DNA of 64,000 nucleotides from Gammaproteobacteria bacterium (GTDB lineage Bacteria; Pseudomonadota; Gammaproteobacteria; UBA12402): NCBI GenBank assembly GCA_050123375.1, contig JASFHF010000001.1, positions 34,475 to 98,474 of the forward strand, read 5' to 3'. Shown piece by piece: positions 53,821 to 64,000 of this stretch (position 1 is its first letter; each line of letters starts with the position of its first letter). The notes under the pieces were generated by a model. It saw only the letters and a program-made list of their open reading frames with translations, ran no database searches and was not told where the DNA came from. The position numbers and the translations under genes were made by a program.

Positions 53821-53890
53821 GCGGGACGTGAGCTTTACATAATTACAAGGCCTTGCTTGTTGCTTTGTAATCATGTAAAGCTCCGTCCCC
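53821..53890 (+). repeat. PE-1 palindromic element, copy 8
   Basis: 'gcgggacgtgagctttacataattacaaggcc...gctttgtaatcatgtaaagctccgtcccc'. Confidence 0.85.
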
Positions 53891-53945
53891 CTGAGAACTG
53901 TATAAAAACTGAGATACATGCAAAAACTCACGTTCTGCCAAATTT

Positions 53946-55898
53946 CTAAGCTAACTCGAGCAGCAATTTATTCAACCGCGATACAAACGTTGCCGGATCT
54001 TTTAATTGACCGCCTTCAGCCAATACTGATTGCTCAAATAAAATTTCAATCCATTCTTTGAAACGCTCGTCATCCGTCTCATTTTTTATACGCTTAACAA
54101 TCGCATGCTCCGGATTAATTTCAAAAATCGGTTTGCTTTCCGGAATATCCTGACCGATCGATTGTAAAATACGTTTCATATTCATATTCAAGTCGTATTC
54201 ATCTGCGACAATACAAGCAGGTGATGTAGTTAAACGCGAAGTTATCCTGACTTCTTTAATTTTTTCACCTAATATTTTTTTAATTTGCTCCAACATGCCG
54301 GCATAATCATCTTTGACTTTTTCTTGTTCTTTTTTATGTTCCTCGTCTTCTAATTCACCAAGATCTAATGCACCTTTAGTTACCGCCTGCATATGCCTGC
54401 CGTCAAATTCAGTTAAATGCGTTACCAACCATTCGTCAATCTTATCGCTAAGCAATAACACCTCGATACCTTGCTTACGGAAAATTTCTAAATGCGGGCT
54501 ATTTTTTGCCGCCATAAAACTATCCGCAGTAACATAATAAATTTTATCCTGTTCTTTCTTCATCCGGCCAACATAATCTTCTAATGAAACATCTTGCGTA
54601 TCGTGATCCGCATGCGTCGAAGCAAATCGTAATAATTTAGCAATTTGCTCCCTATTAGCATAATCTTCAGCTGGTCCTTCTTTTAAAACTTTACCAAACT
54701 GCTGCCAAAACTTGGCATATTTATCTTTATCTTTTTTAGATAAATCATCCAAAATATTTAAAATACGTTTGATTAAAGCTCCGCGAATTTTTGGAATTAA
54801 AGGATTATCCTGCAAAATCTCACGCGAAATATTTAACGGTAAATCATTTGAATCGATAACACCTCGCACAAAACGCAAATATTGCGGTAAAAATTGTTTT
54901 GCGTCATCCATGATAAACACACGTTTGATATATAATTTCAAACCATACCGATGTTCATAATTCCACAAATCAAACGGCGCATGCGCAGGAATATACAATA
55001 ACGAAGTATATTCTAATTTCCCTTCAACTTTATTATGACTCCACAACATTGGATCTTCAAAATCATGCGAAACATGCTTATAAAATTCACGGTATTCTTC
55101 TTTGGTGATCTCACTTTTAGATCTAATCCATAAAGCAGTAGCATGATTAACTTTTTCCCATTCAATTTCTGCTTTCTTGGGTTCAGCTTTTTTTTCTTCA
55201 TCATCTTTGGTTTCCGGCTCTGACTCTGGCGGCTTTTTCATTAGAATCGGCACATTAATATGATTGGAATATTTGGTAATAATCTCCCGCAATCTGCTGC
55301 TATCTAAAAAAGTTGTTTCCAAATCTTTTAAATGTAAAACAACCTTGGTACCACGCTGTGCACACTCGATATTTTCAATGGTATAATCACCTTGACCTGC
55401 TGACTCCCAACGCACCCCATGTTCTTTAGTCAGACCCGCACACCTGGTAATTACCGTAACTTTATCAGCCACAATAAAACTGGAATAAAAACCCACACCA
55501 AATTGGCCAATCAATTTAGCATCTTTAGCCTGATCGCCAGTCAAAGCTGCAAAAAACTCACGCGTACCGGATTTTGCAATCGTACCAAGATTTTCAATAA
55601 CTTCCTCACGACTCATACCAATACCATTATCACGCACCGTGATCGTCTTTTTCTTTTCATCAAAATCAACATAAACTTCAAAATTGGCATCTCCTTCGCA
55701 TAACCCCTGATCTTCCAACGACTCAAACCGCAGCTTATCAATCGCATCAGACGCATTAGAAACCAACTCACGCAAAAAAATCTCTTTATTTGAATACAAC
55801 GCATTTATCATCAAATGTAATAATTGTTTAACTTCCGTCTCAAAACCCAAAGTTTCTTTTTGCGGCTGAATTTTGCTGGAATCTGTCATATTGGTCAC
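53946..55898 (-). CDS. htpG: molecular chaperone HtpG (Hsp90)
   Basis: '[16 protein letters not shown]' is in the GHKL ATPase N-domain, and the protein is full length. Confidence 0.95.
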   Translation of the reverse strand: MTNMTDSSKIQPQKETLGFETEVKQLLHLMINALYSNKEIFLRELVSNASDAIDKLRFESLEDQGLCEGDANFEVYVDFDEKKKTITVRDNGIGMSREEVIENLGTIAKSGTREFFAALTGDQAKDAKLIGQFGVGFYSSFIVADKVTVITRCAGLTKEHGVRWESAGQGDYTIENIECAQRGTKVVLHLKDLETTFLDSSRLREIITKYSNHINVPILMKKPPESEPETKDDEEKKAEPKKAEIEWEKVNHATALWIRSKSEITKEEYREFYKHVSHDFEDPMLWSHNKVEGKLEYTSLLYIPAHAPFDLWNYEHRYGLKLYIKRVFIMDDAKQFLPQYLRFVRGVIDSNDLPLNISREILQDNPLIPKIRGALIKRILNILDDLSKKDKDKYAKFWQQFGKVLKEGPAEDYANREQIAKLLRFASTHADHDTQDVSLEDYVGRMKKEQDKIYYVTADSFMAAKNSPHLEIFRKQGIEVLLLSDKIDEWLVTHLTEFDGRHMQAVTKGALDLGELEDEEHKKEQEKVKDDYAGMLEQIKKILGEKIKEVRITSRLTTSPACIVADEYDLNMNMKRILQSIGQDIPESKPIFEINPEHAIVKRIKNETDDERFKEWIEILFEQSVLAEGGQLKDPATFVSRLNKLLLELA

Positions 55899-56035
55899 CT
55901 CTTTAATTATGTTATTGATTATGTAAATATAAAGACAAATTATGAAAATTCAAGTGAATCCGTAATTATTCAGCCGATTTTTGAACGAAAGGATTTTGGG
56001 AGTAATTTTATGCGACTTAAAGCTTGCCGAGCACC

Positions 56036-56160
56036 GCAGCGAGGTAGGGAGAAATTTGCTGGATGCAAATTTCAGCGCGGCTGAGGCATGGATGCCGAAT
56101 CCGCGCGACCCGTAGGCGAGCGAGGAGCGAAGGAAACCCAGCTATTTCATAGAAATAGCT
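56036..56160. repeat. GC-rich hairpin cluster with CAT-GG-ATG / TGGATG tips (family D, copy D3)
   Basis: It comprises 'gaaatttgctggatgcaaatttc', 'gcgcggctgaggcatggatgccgaatccgcgc' and 'cccagctatttcatagaaatagctggg'. Confidence 0.6.
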
Positions 56161-56237
56161 GGGCAAGCGTCCAGGAGCGTAAAATTACTTCCAAAAGCCT
56201 ATTCAAAAATCGACTTATAAGTTAAACTCCGCTTACA

Positions 56238-58085
56238 ATGAAACACTTCTTCATCAAAAACAGCACCAAAGAAATGCTGCTGCTAAAACGGCGAATTATA
56301 GTAATCAGCATTGCAATAACTATTCTAACCCTAATACTAGCGGGACGTCTATTTGCCTTACAAATTATTCAACACAAATACTATACTACGTTATCCAAAT
56401 TAAATTCTATTGATCTCAATCCAATTGAACCACGCCGCGGCATTATTTACGACCGCAACGGCATTATCCTGGCAAAAAATATTCCAACTTTTAGTTTAAT
56501 GGTTACACCCAGTAAAACACAAAACTTAAATCAAACCATCACTGAGCTAAATAAAATTATTCCTTTAAGTAAAAATGATTTAGAACAATTTCACAAACAA
56601 TTCAAACAACATCGGCGTTTTGAACAAATTTTACTTAAACTAAAATTAACCGAAGAAGAAGCAGCAAAATTTGCAGTAAATAGTTTTCGCTTTCCTGGTT
56701 TTTCCGTACAAACAAAACTAATCCGCCAATATCCGCTAGGAGAAACTTTTGCTCACGTAATCGGTTACGTAGGCCGTATTAATACTCGTGATCTTAATAC
56801 CATTGATACTGCTAATTATGCTGCAACTAATTTCATCGGCAAAGTTGGGATCGAAAAATATTATGAACCACAGTTACACGGTTTAGTTGGCTACCAAAAA
56901 ATTGAAACCGATGCCAATGGCAAAACCATACGAACAATCAACACCACACCTCCAACACCCGGAAATAACCTTTATTTAACTATTGACAGCAGATTGCAGC
57001 AAGTTGCAGCAAAAGCGCTCACTAAACATAATGGCGCAGTTGTAGCAATCCAACCCAGCACTGGCGAAATTTTAGCAATAGCAAGTAATCCAAGCTATGA
57101 TCCAAATACATTCATCAACGGCATTTCTTATCATGATTTTCAACAACTGCAGCATGATAAAAACCATCCGCTGTACAATCGGCCGCTGCGCGGATTATAT
57201 CCTCCCGGCTCCACTATCAAGCCATTCATCGCCATCGAAGGCTTGAAAACTAACACTATCACTGCTGCACAAAAAATATTTGATCCAGGGTGGTACCAAA
57301 TTCCTAACACTACACACATTTTCCATGACTGGAGACGAACCGGCCATGGCTGGGTAAATTTATCTAAAGCAATCATTGAATCTTGCGACACTTATTTCTG
57401 GAAATTGGCCAATGCGTTAGGTATTCGTCAAATTGACGAAATTTTAAATCAATTTAATTTCGGCACACAAACCGGTATTGATATGCAGGAAGAATTACCC
57501 GGAAACGTTCCCAGCCCCGAATGGAAATTAAAATACAACGGACAAGCCTGGTTTAAAGGAGATACTGCTAACGCCGGCATTGGACAAGGATATATCGAAG
57601 TAACTCCATTACAATTAGCAACCGCTACTGCTATTTTGGCCAATCGCGGCATGCACTTAAAACCTCATTTATTATATGCAACCCAATCACCCGACGGCAC
57701 AATCACAAAAACCCAACCAACCGAAGAACCGCCAGTTATTTTAAATAATCCAAAAAACTGGGAAACTGTAATTAATGCAATGAGCAAAGTAATAACCGGC
57801 GCAACTGGGTATCGTTTTGGCCATAAACCACCATATACAGTTGCAGCTAAAACTGGAACCGCGCAACTAGTTAGTTTACAATATGCTGAGTTTAACAATA
57901 TTAGCGAAATACCAAAAAATTTACGCGATAATTCCGTGTTTATTACTTTCGCACCAACAAATCACCCTAAAATTGCATTAGCAATTGTTAGTGAAAACAG
58001 CACTGATGCTCCTCGTATAGCACGTGAAATTTTAGATTATTATTTATTAGCCTTACATGGAAAACCAAATGCAGTTATTAAATAA
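56238..58085 (+). CDS. mrdA: penicillin-binding protein 2 (peptidoglycan D,D-transpeptidase)
   Basis: It has the 'STIKP' active-site SxxK, and SxN and KTG motifs. Confidence 0.9.
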   Translation: MKHFFIKNSTKEMLLLKRRIIVISIAITILTLILAGRLFALQIIQHKYYTTLSKLNSIDLNPIEPRRGIIYDRNGIILAKNIPTFSLMVTPSKTQNLNQTITELNKIIPLSKNDLEQFHKQFKQHRRFEQILLKLKLTEEEAAKFAVNSFRFPGFSVQTKLIRQYPLGETFAHVIGYVGRINTRDLNTIDTANYAATNFIGKVGIEKYYEPQLHGLVGYQKIETDANGKTIRTINTTPPTPGNNLYLTIDSRLQQVAAKALTKHNGAVVAIQPSTGEILAIASNPSYDPNTFINGISYHDFQQLQHDKNHPLYNRPLRGLYPPGSTIKPFIAIEGLKTNTITAAQKIFDPGWYQIPNTTHIFHDWRRTGHGWVNLSKAIIESCDTYFWKLANALGIRQIDEILNQFNFGTQTGIDMQEELPGNVPSPEWKLKYNGQAWFKGDTANAGIGQGYIEVTPLQLATATAILANRGMHLKPHLLYATQSPDGTITKTQPTEEPPVILNNPKNWETVINAMSKVITGATGYRFGHKPPYTVAAKTGTAQLVSLQYAEFNNISEIPKNLRDNSVFITFAPTNHPKIALAIVSENSTDAPRIAREILDYYLLALHGKPNAVIK

Positions 58086-59181
58086 TTACAAACAACGACG
58101 TTCAATCTGGCAAACTCTGCATCTTGATTTGCCGCTATTACTTCTGCTTTTAACTATTACTATAATTGGATTTTTTATTTTATATAGCGCCAGCAATCAA
58201 CAGTTCGGCATGATAGTTCAAGAAATTATTCACATTGGACTTGCCCTGATATTGATGACTCTTATCGCACAATTACCTCCATATATCTATGAACGCTGGA
58301 CTCCGTGGATTTACAGTATTGGTATTTTTTTGCTGTTTGCTGTTTTGATCATTGGACACATTGGCAAAGGCGCGCAACGCTGGCTTAATCTTGGTTTACT
58401 ACACCTACAACCTTCTGAGATAATGCAGCTTGCTATTCCAATGATGCTGGCATGGTACTACAAAAACCGTCATTTACCGCCAAAAATAAAAGATATTGCG
58501 GTTTCCGCCGCAATCATTCTGGTACCTGTAATTCTAACTGCTAAAGAACCTGATCTAAGCACTGCAATTACCTTAACCATCAGCGGAGCCTGCGTATTGC
58601 TATTTGCCGGAATTAGCTGGGGTTTAATCACTGGACTATTCAGCCTTGCCATAATATCCATTCCTCTTCTATGGCATTTTATGCATAATTATCAACGACA
58701 ACGCATTTTAGTTTTTCTTAACCCAGAACGTGACCCGCTTGGCAGCGGTTATCATATAATCCAATCTAAAATTGCTATAGGTTCCGGCGGTTTTTTTGGC
58801 AAAGGATGGTTAATGGGCACACAATCACATCTTCATTTTTTGCCAGAACACGCAACTGACTTTATTTTTGCAGTTGGAGCAGAAGAATTTGGGCTGTTTG
58901 GCAGTTTAATACTACTAACAATTTATGTGTTAATTACCGCACGTTGTATATACATCGCAAACCACGCTCAAGACACCTATACACGGCTATTAGCCGCCAG
59001 TTTAAGCCTAATGTTCTTTTTATCAATCTTCATCAATATTGGGATGGTTACCGGAATTCTGCCAGCAGCAGGATTGCCTTTACCTTTAATTAGCTATGGC
59101 GGATCATCGATGATAGCATTTATGGCTGGTTTTGGTATACTAATGTCTATACATGGACATAAAAAACTACTAAGGAAATAA
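58057..59181 (+). CDS. rodA: rod shape-determining protein RodA (SEDS glycosyltransferase)
   Basis: FtsW/RodA family. 'SIWQTLHLDLPLLLLLL' parallels the E. coli RodA N-terminus. The start could instead be the internal Met at 58069. Confidence 0.85.
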   Translation: MENQMQLLNNYKQRRSIWQTLHLDLPLLLLLLTITIIGFFILYSASNQQFGMIVQEIIHIGLALILMTLIAQLPPYIYERWTPWIYSIGIFLLFAVLIIGHIGKGAQRWLNLGLLHLQPSEIMQLAIPMMLAWYYKNRHLPPKIKDIAVSAAIILVPVILTAKEPDLSTAITLTISGACVLLFAGISWGLITGLFSLAIISIPLLWHFMHNYQRQRILVFLNPERDPLGSGYHIIQSKIAIGSGGFFGKGWLMGTQSHLHFLPEHATDFIFAVGAEEFGLFGSLILLTIYVLITARCIYIANHAQDTYTRLLAASLSLMFFLSIFINIGMVTGILPAAGLPLPLISYGGSSMIAFMAGFGILMSIHGHKKLLRK

Positions 59182-59184
59182 ATT

Positions 59185-60306
59185 GTGCGGACAACCATCA
59201 AGATATTGGTAAAATTTAATTTAGCAATACTTGCTTGTTGTGTCATTGCGGTATCCGGCTGCGCCCAATCACAAAAAAAACCACCAAAAACGAAAAAATC
59301 AATCGCAATCAAGACTCAACCACTATATCAACAAAAAGAAGTAAAAAAATTTATTGATGAGATGGTAAAACAACACGATTTTAAACGCGCACAACTTATA
59401 AAATTATTCAAACAAGTGCAAATTAAACAACAAATTCTAAACAAAATTAAACATCCTTATGAAGAAGTTCCATGGAACGAATACCAACAACATTTTATCA
59501 CACAACAACGTATTGATGGCGGAGTTAAGTTTTGGCATAAATATGCCGCGACTTTAAAACGCGCATATCTTGAATTCGGAATACCACCAAGCATCATCGT
59601 AGCGATTATTGGAGTAGAAAGTAAATATGGCAAAAAAACCGGAGAATTCAAAGTAATTAACGCGTTATCAACTATTGGTTTTAAATATCCGGAACGCGCT
59701 GAATATTTCAAAAAAGAATTAGCTCAATTTTTATTATTCTGCCGCGAAAATAAAATCAATCCATTAAAAGTTTATGGATCATACGCAGGCGCCATTGGAC
59801 AACCACAATTTATGCCAAGCAATGTCCGCGCTTACGCAGTTGATTTTGATAAATCTGGAAAAATCGATTTAATTAATGACGCAAAAGATTCTATTGGCAG
59901 CATCGCTAATTTTTTCCAAGCACATGGCTGGCAAGAAGACAGCAGTATTGCGTTAAAAGCAAAATTCACCAATCACTTATCTGCAAAAAATTTAACTAAA
60001 TTCTTAACGCAGCGAGAACCAAAATTTACTTTAGCACAATTGGCCAAATATAATATTGAACCTGTCGTTACTATCCCATCAAATACATTAGCCAACGTAA
60101 TTAAACTGCAAGGAAAAAATAATCCACTATATTGGCTGGGATTTCATAATATGTATGTTATCATGACTTATAATACGAACATTCAATATGCAATGGCAGT
60201 CTATCAATTAAGCCAGGAAATTAAAAAAGCATATTTGCAATCATTAAAGACAAGAATTGGGAACGGAGCTTTACATAATCACAAAGCAACAAACAAAGCA
60301 TTGTAA
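59185..60306 (+). CDS. mltB: lytic murein transglycosylase, MltB family lipoprotein (paralog 2); the C-terminal ~13 aa are encoded by a PE-1 element
   Basis: It has a lipobox 'AVSGC' and 'AIIGVESKYG'. The rodA-mltB-rlpA order matches Pseudomonas-type synteny. Confidence 0.8.
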   Translation: MRTTIKILVKFNLAILACCVIAVSGCAQSQKKPPKTKKSIAIKTQPLYQQKEVKKFIDEMVKQHDFKRAQLIKLFKQVQIKQQILNKIKHPYEEVPWNEYQQHFITQQRIDGGVKFWHKYAATLKRAYLEFGIPPSIIVAIIGVESKYGKKTGEFKVINALSTIGFKYPERAEYFKKELAQFLLFCRENKINPLKVYGSYAGAIGQPQFMPSNVRAYAVDFDKSGKIDLINDAKDSIGSIANFFQAHGWQEDSSIALKAKFTNHLSAKNLTKFLTQREPKFTLAQLAKYNIEPVVTIPSNTLANVIKLQGKNNPLYWLGFHNMYVIMTYNTNIQYAMAVYQLSQEIKKAYLQSLKTRIGNGALHNHKATNKAL

Positions 60307-60328
60307 TTATGTAAAGCTCACGTCCCGC
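60259..60328 (-). repeat. PE-1 palindromic element, copy 9 (reverse orientation)
   Basis: 'gggaacggagctttacataatcacaaagcaacaaacaaagcattgtaattatgtaaagctcacgtcccgc'. Confidence 0.85.
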
Positions 60329-60349
60329 AATGCTATTAGGAAATAAAAA

Positions 60350-61105
60350 ATGAACCCGCAAAAAATTATTATAATCCTAGTGAGTTTATTATTAACAGCT
60401 TGTACTACAACATCACAACAAGATAAACCCCCAAAAAAACAAATTGACGTATCTAAAATTGCCAATGCAAAACCAAAAAAAGAAAACAGAAGCAAATACG
60501 GTAATCCTTATACTTACACAGTTTACGGCAAACATTATTATGTTTTACCAAGCAGCAAAAATTATCATGCCACCGGAATTGCATCATGGTATGGTATGAA
60601 ATTTCACGACCACCTTACCGCAAATCGTGAAACTTATGACGTCTATAAAATGACAGCCGCGCACAAAACTTTACCTATTCCCTCTTATGTAAAAGTAACC
60701 AACCTGGAAAACGGCAAACAAGTGATTGTACGCATTAACGATCGCGGCCCATTTAAAGATAATCGTATTATTGATTTATCATATGCCGCAGCAAAAAAAC
60801 TAGATATTGTTAAACATGGAACTGGATTAGTTAGAATTGATTCTATTGATATAAACAAAACTACTGTCACTCACTCGCCGCAAATATATTTACAAGTCGG
60901 CGCTTACAGCAAACTGAATCATGCCAGATATATGCAGCAAGAAATCAGCAGCAAAATAGCTGCACCATGTGAAATTATGTTTAATGGTGCTGATCGTTTA
61001 TATCACGTAAAAATTGGCCCAATTAATAATAGATCCTGGGCTAATGATGTTACAACCAAATTAGCAGCACTTAACATCACCAAAACCGTCACAATGATTA
61101 AATAA
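60350..61105 (+). CDS. rlpA: septal ring lytic transglycosylase RlpA (DPBB domain + C-terminal SPOR domain) lipoprotein
   Basis: 'TGIASWYGMKFHDHLTANRETYD' is the DPBB motif, and a C-terminal SPOR-like region is present. Confidence 0.85.
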   Translation: MNPQKIIIILVSLLLTACTTTSQQDKPPKKQIDVSKIANAKPKKENRSKYGNPYTYTVYGKHYYVLPSSKNYHATGIASWYGMKFHDHLTANRETYDVYKMTAAHKTLPIPSYVKVTNLENGKQVIVRINDRGPFKDNRIIDLSYAAAKKLDIVKHGTGLVRIDSIDINKTTVTHSPQIYLQVGAYSKLNHARYMQQEISSKIAAPCEIMFNGADRLYHVKIGPINNRSWANDVTTKLAALNITKTVTMIK

Positions 61106-61342
61106 AAATCTCTTCATTTTTATTTTTAAAAAAGATGAATTTATTGTACTTCTTATTTGCTTAAACAAATTTTGCCTAAAATCTATACAATTTTGATAAG
61201 ACCCAAATTAAAACTAAAATACAATAAAACCAAACAGTTATATCTTGAAATCCAACCACGTTATCACACGACGAACCCTGACAATTTGAATCTTAACCCA
61301 AATTCGTATAAGATGTGCGTTTTCATAATAAGGACAGGACTT

Positions 61343-61452
61343 ACGTGAAAAGATGAGATGCGAGAAAAAAGCGAGCGAAAGACGCGAGTTTATAAATAAT
61401 AAATGAGCGGCTTGAATGAGCTTTTAACAAAGCAGATCGCTTTTCACGTAAG
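61343..61452 (+). repeat. ME-2 MITE-like repeat, copy D (14-bp perfect TIR 'acttacgtgaaaag')
   Basis: 'acttacgtgaaaagatgagatgcgag...aacaaagcagatcgcttttcacgtaagt'. Confidence 0.85.
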
Positions 61453-61467
61453 TCCTGAAGGGTAAAA

Positions 61468-62778
61468 ATGAGCAGACTAACAATAACAGACCTAACACCT
61501 GGTGAAAAATATCGTTTTTTACCGTGGTTAATTTGCGGCATTGGCGCAGCATTTTATCTTTACGAATATTTCTTACGTATTGCGCCCAGCGTGATGACTT
61601 CTGACTTGATGCACGCTTATCATTTATCTGCCGCACAACTGGGGAATTTATCTGCTTATTTTTATTACGCTTATACTCCCATGCAATTAATTATTGGCGT
61701 GTTATTAGATCGCTATGGTCCACGTTATTTACTATTACTCGCCTGCGCTGCTTGTACTGCTGGAGCCTTTATATTTGCCGGCAGTAATCATATATTTTTA
61801 GCGCAACTAAGCAGATTTTTAATTGGTTTTGGTTCCGCATTTGCATTTGTTGGCGCATTAAAATTAGCTACCATTTGGCTGCCGCTGGAACGTTTTGCAG
61901 CAATGTGTGGATTAGTATCTACATTAGGTATGATTGGCGCGATCAGCGGCGATATTTTATTAACCAAACTTTTAGAAAATTATGGCTGGCGTCATTCAAC
62001 TTACATATCAGCCTGGCTCGGTGTAATTTTAACTGTGTTAATATTTTTAATTGTGCGCGATAAGGTAAAAACCAAATCAGAACGCCACCAAGCTTATCAT
62101 CTTGAATTAAATTTAAAAGAAGTTTGTATTGGGTTATTGCAAGCAATAAAAAATCCATATATTTGGTTAACCAGCACCATCGGTTGTTTTTTATTTTTAT
62201 CCTTATCTGCATTTGCAGAATTGTGGGGCATTCCATATTTAACTCAAGCTCATGGATTAACTCGAGCTACCGCAGCAACTGCTATTTCAATGGTATTTTG
62301 GGGATGGGTAATTGGCGGCCCTTTGGCAGGCTGGGTTTCTGATTACACTAGACAACGAAAATTGCCAATCATGATCGGCTCATTATTATCGGCAATCACT
62401 TTTTGTATTATTTTATACGTACATCATTTATCGCCAACCTCTTTATTTATTTTATTATTCATTTTCGGTGTTTTAACCAGTGTTGAAGTAATTGTGTTTG
62501 CAATTGGACGTGAAATTAGTCCCAATAAACTTGCCGGAACCAGCATTGCATTAACCAACGCAATTATTATGTTAGGCGGCGCAATATTCCAGCCAATTAT
62601 CGGCATGCTGTTAGATGCGTCCTGGCAAGGAAAAATGATGCATGGCATTCGGTTCTATTCAGCGCATAATTATAAAATTGCGTTAACTATTTTACCGATT
62701 GGCTTTATACTAACTTTTATCCTAAGCTTTTTCTTGCGTGAAACACATTGTCATGTTCAGAAGAAAAAAGACGAATAA
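61468..62778 (+). CDS. MFS transporter
   Basis: It has a 12-TM pattern and a 'GVLLDRYGPR' MFS loop motif. Confidence 0.8.
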   Translation: MSRLTITDLTPGEKYRFLPWLICGIGAAFYLYEYFLRIAPSVMTSDLMHAYHLSAAQLGNLSAYFYYAYTPMQLIIGVLLDRYGPRYLLLLACAACTAGAFIFAGSNHIFLAQLSRFLIGFGSAFAFVGALKLATIWLPLERFAAMCGLVSTLGMIGAISGDILLTKLLENYGWRHSTYISAWLGVILTVLIFLIVRDKVKTKSERHQAYHLELNLKEVCIGLLQAIKNPYIWLTSTIGCFLFLSLSAFAELWGIPYLTQAHGLTRATAATAISMVFWGWVIGGPLAGWVSDYTRQRKLPIMIGSLLSAITFCIILYVHHLSPTSLFILLFIFGVLTSVEVIVFAIGREISPNKLAGTSIALTNAIIMLGGAIFQPIIGMLLDASWQGKMMHGIRFYSAHNYKIALTILPIGFILTFILSFFLRETHCHVQKKKDE

Positions 62779-62823
62779 ATAAAAATAAAAGTTACTTGGT
62801 AGAAAGAAATTTATATGTACAAT

Positions 62824-62860
62824 GGAGAGGTGTCCGAGCTGGTTTAAGGAGCACGACTGG
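62824..62860 (+). other. duplicated 5' half of tRNA-Ser (37 nt, identical to 62965-63001), followed by a GC-rich hairpin insert (family D, copy D4, 62861-62964)
   Basis: 'ggagaggtgtccgagctggtttaaggagcacgactgg' occurs twice. The copies are separated by 'ggcgaagcattgcttcgcc' and 'gctcagcatggatgctgagc' hairpins. Confidence 0.85.
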
Positions 62861-62964
62861 GTGAGTCGGTGTCAGTTTAGGCGAAGCATTGCTTCGCCCC
62901 GGCGAACGCTCAGCATGGATGCTGAGCCGGATCAATCACCATGGATGGTTGCTTGGTTTTAAGT

Positions 62965-63053
62965 GGAGAGGTGTCCGAGCTGGTTTAAGGAGCACGACTG
63001 GAACTCGTGTATACGTTAATAGCGTATCGAGGGTTCGAATCCCTCCCTCTCCG
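62965..63053 (+). tRNA. tRNA-Ser (anticodon GGA)
   Basis: Acceptor ggagagg/cctctcc, D-arm 'gtcc gagctggtttaa gga', anticodon loop ctGGAac, a long variable arm and T-arm 'gagggttcgaatccctc'. Confidence 0.85.
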
Positions 63054-63067
63054 ATTTACCTTTTAAT

Positions 63068-63171
63068 GGCGGCATCGGTCCTTTCGCAACGTTAAATTGC
63101 GAATCCCGCCAGATCCGGAAGGAAGCAACGGTAGCAATGGCTGCGTGTGCCGGAATGCGGCTGGTGTCGCC
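63068..63171 (+). ncRNA. ffs: signal recognition particle 4.5S RNA
   Basis: 'cgcaacg...cagatccggaaggaagcaacgg...gcgtgtgccggaatgcggctgg' matches the conserved E. coli 4.5S core (CAGGUCCGGAAGGAAGCAGC...GCGUGUGCCGGGAUGUAGCUGG). The terminal helix is ggcggcatcgg/ctggtgtcgcc. Confidence 0.75.
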
Positions 63172-63205
63172 TTTAAAAGGTAAATTCAAACTCCCATTCT
63201 CTTGG

Positions 63206-63291
63206 CCGAGGTGGTGAAACTGGTAGACACGCAAGTTTCAGGTACTTGTGGGGGAAACCCTGTGGAGGTTCGAGTCCTCTCCTCGGCACCA
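63206..63291 (+). tRNA. tRNA-Leu (anticodon CAG), CCA encoded
   Basis: 'gccgaggtggtgaaactggtagacacgcaagtttCAGgtacttg...ggttcgagtcctctcctcggcacca'. Confidence 0.85.
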
Positions 63292-63419
63292 AAACCGTAG
63301 TTTTCACGCTAGTTTTCATTGTTATAATATGAGATAATAAATCGTAATAGTAATTATTGATTTAATTTGGGTAAACCACTATGGATCGAAAAAAAGAAAA
63401 TGAACAAAGTAAATAAAGC

Positions 63420-64000
63420 CTATTCAAACAAATTCCGCAACACAATCGCAGCATTTCTGTCCGGACCCGTTGAAACAATATCAACCGGCGCACCAACTTT
63501 TGCAGCAATAAAATCTAAATAATTTTTTGCGGCTTTTGGTAATTTTGCATAATCACTTATTTGCGCAGTTGATTCTGACCATCCCGGCAAAACCTCATAA
63601 ACCGGTTCGCATTTTTCTAAAAGCTCCGAATTAGTTGGAAACGTTGTTAATTCCTGATCTCTATAACAATATGCCACACAAACTTTAATTTCTTCCAATC
63701 CATCCAATACATCAAGCTTGGTAACACATAATCCTGAAATACTATTGATTTCCACTGCGCGACGCATTGCAACTGCATCAAACCAACCACAACGACGTTT
63801 ACGACCCGTAGTAGTTCCAAGCTCACGACCTTGCGCCGCCAAATAATTGCCAATTTCATCATCAACTAATTCTGTAGGAAATGGACCGCTGCCAACTCGT
63901 GTAGTATATGCTTTAGCAACTCCCAAAATATAATCAAGATAACGCGGTCCAAAACCGCTACCTGTAGTAACTGCACCAACTGTAGTATTAGACGAAGTAA
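63420..64000 (-). CDS. purA: adenylosuccinate synthetase, C-terminal portion (the gene continues beyond the window end)
   Basis: '[43 protein letters not shown]' and '[14 protein letters not shown]' are PurA motifs. The frame is open to position 64000. Confidence 0.9.
   Translation of the reverse strand, partial: TSSNTTVGAVTTGSGFGPRYLDYILGVAKAYTTRVGSGPFPTELVDDEIGNYLAAQGRELGTTTGRKRRCGWFDAVAMRRAVEINSISGLCVTKLDVLDGLEEIKVCVAYCYRDQELTTFPTNSELLEKCEPVYEVLPGWSESTAQISDYAKLPKAAKNYLDFIAAKVGAPVDIVSTGPDRNAAIVLRNLFE

Noticed and set aside
55824-56084. ORF 55824-56084 (+, 86 aa) in the htpG-mrdA intergenic region
   Set aside because: It overlaps the htpG start on the other strand and runs through a GC-rich hairpin cluster, so structure is the more likely explanation than coding.
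62889-63234. ORFs 62889-63095 (+) and 63016-63234 (-)
   Set aside because: They cover tRNA-Ser, the 4.5S RNA and tRNA-Leu. RNA genes explain the region.

Overview
This is an AT-rich chromosomal segment, roughly 33-38% GC by eye, whose gene content and order look like a gammaproteobacterium. It could come from a Legionellales-like intracellular lineage, but that is a weak inference. Most of the window is conserved housekeeping DNA. That includes ndk, rlmN, a nucleotide-sugar gene run (ugd, galU, galE, manC), and comEA-lspA-ileS-ribF-murJ. It also includes comEC, lolCD, tatD, degP, an RND efflux pair, and the rpoC-rpoB-rplLJAK-nusG-secE-tRNA-Trp-tuf-tRNA(Thr/Gly/Tyr) array. queA, fxsA, htpG, mrdA-rodA-mltB-rlpA, an MFS transporter, the tRNA-Ser/4.5S RNA/tRNA-Leu cluster and a partial purA complete the core set. 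Almost every intergenic gap in this core DNA carries a short structured repeat, and I count at least five distinct families. PE-1 is a ~70-bp 'GGGACGNGAGCTTTACAT...' palindrome with 9 full copies. ME-2 is a ~105-bp MITE-like element with 4 copies, and it supplies the stop codon and an 'AKSDLLC' C-terminal tail to galU and galE. PE-3 is a GC-rich double-hairpin with 3 copies, two of which flank tuf as direct repeats. The fourth family is a set of GC-rich hairpin clusters with a recurring CAT-GG-ATG tip. The fifth is a ~120-bp repeat that sits upstream of comEC and upstream of the rplJ leader. The accessory or unusual content is as follows. (i) The 5' edge holds the 3' fragment of an amino-methyltransferase (SPPY motif) translationally coupled to a putative PD-(D/E)xK restriction endonuclease, in very AT-rich DNA. 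(ii) An F-box-like ORF lies between ileS and lspA. (iii) A tandem pair of ~40-aa membrane peptide genes is present. (iv) A 2253-aa lysine/glutamate/asparagine-rich orphan protein sits in an AT-rich island. (v) The tuf gene is anomalous at the third codon position: it strongly prefers purine-ending codons, with ATA as the most used Ile codon and AGA/CGA for Arg. This contrasts with all neighbouring genes and ends abruptly about 20 codons before the stop. I saw no CRISPR array, IS transposase or integrase.
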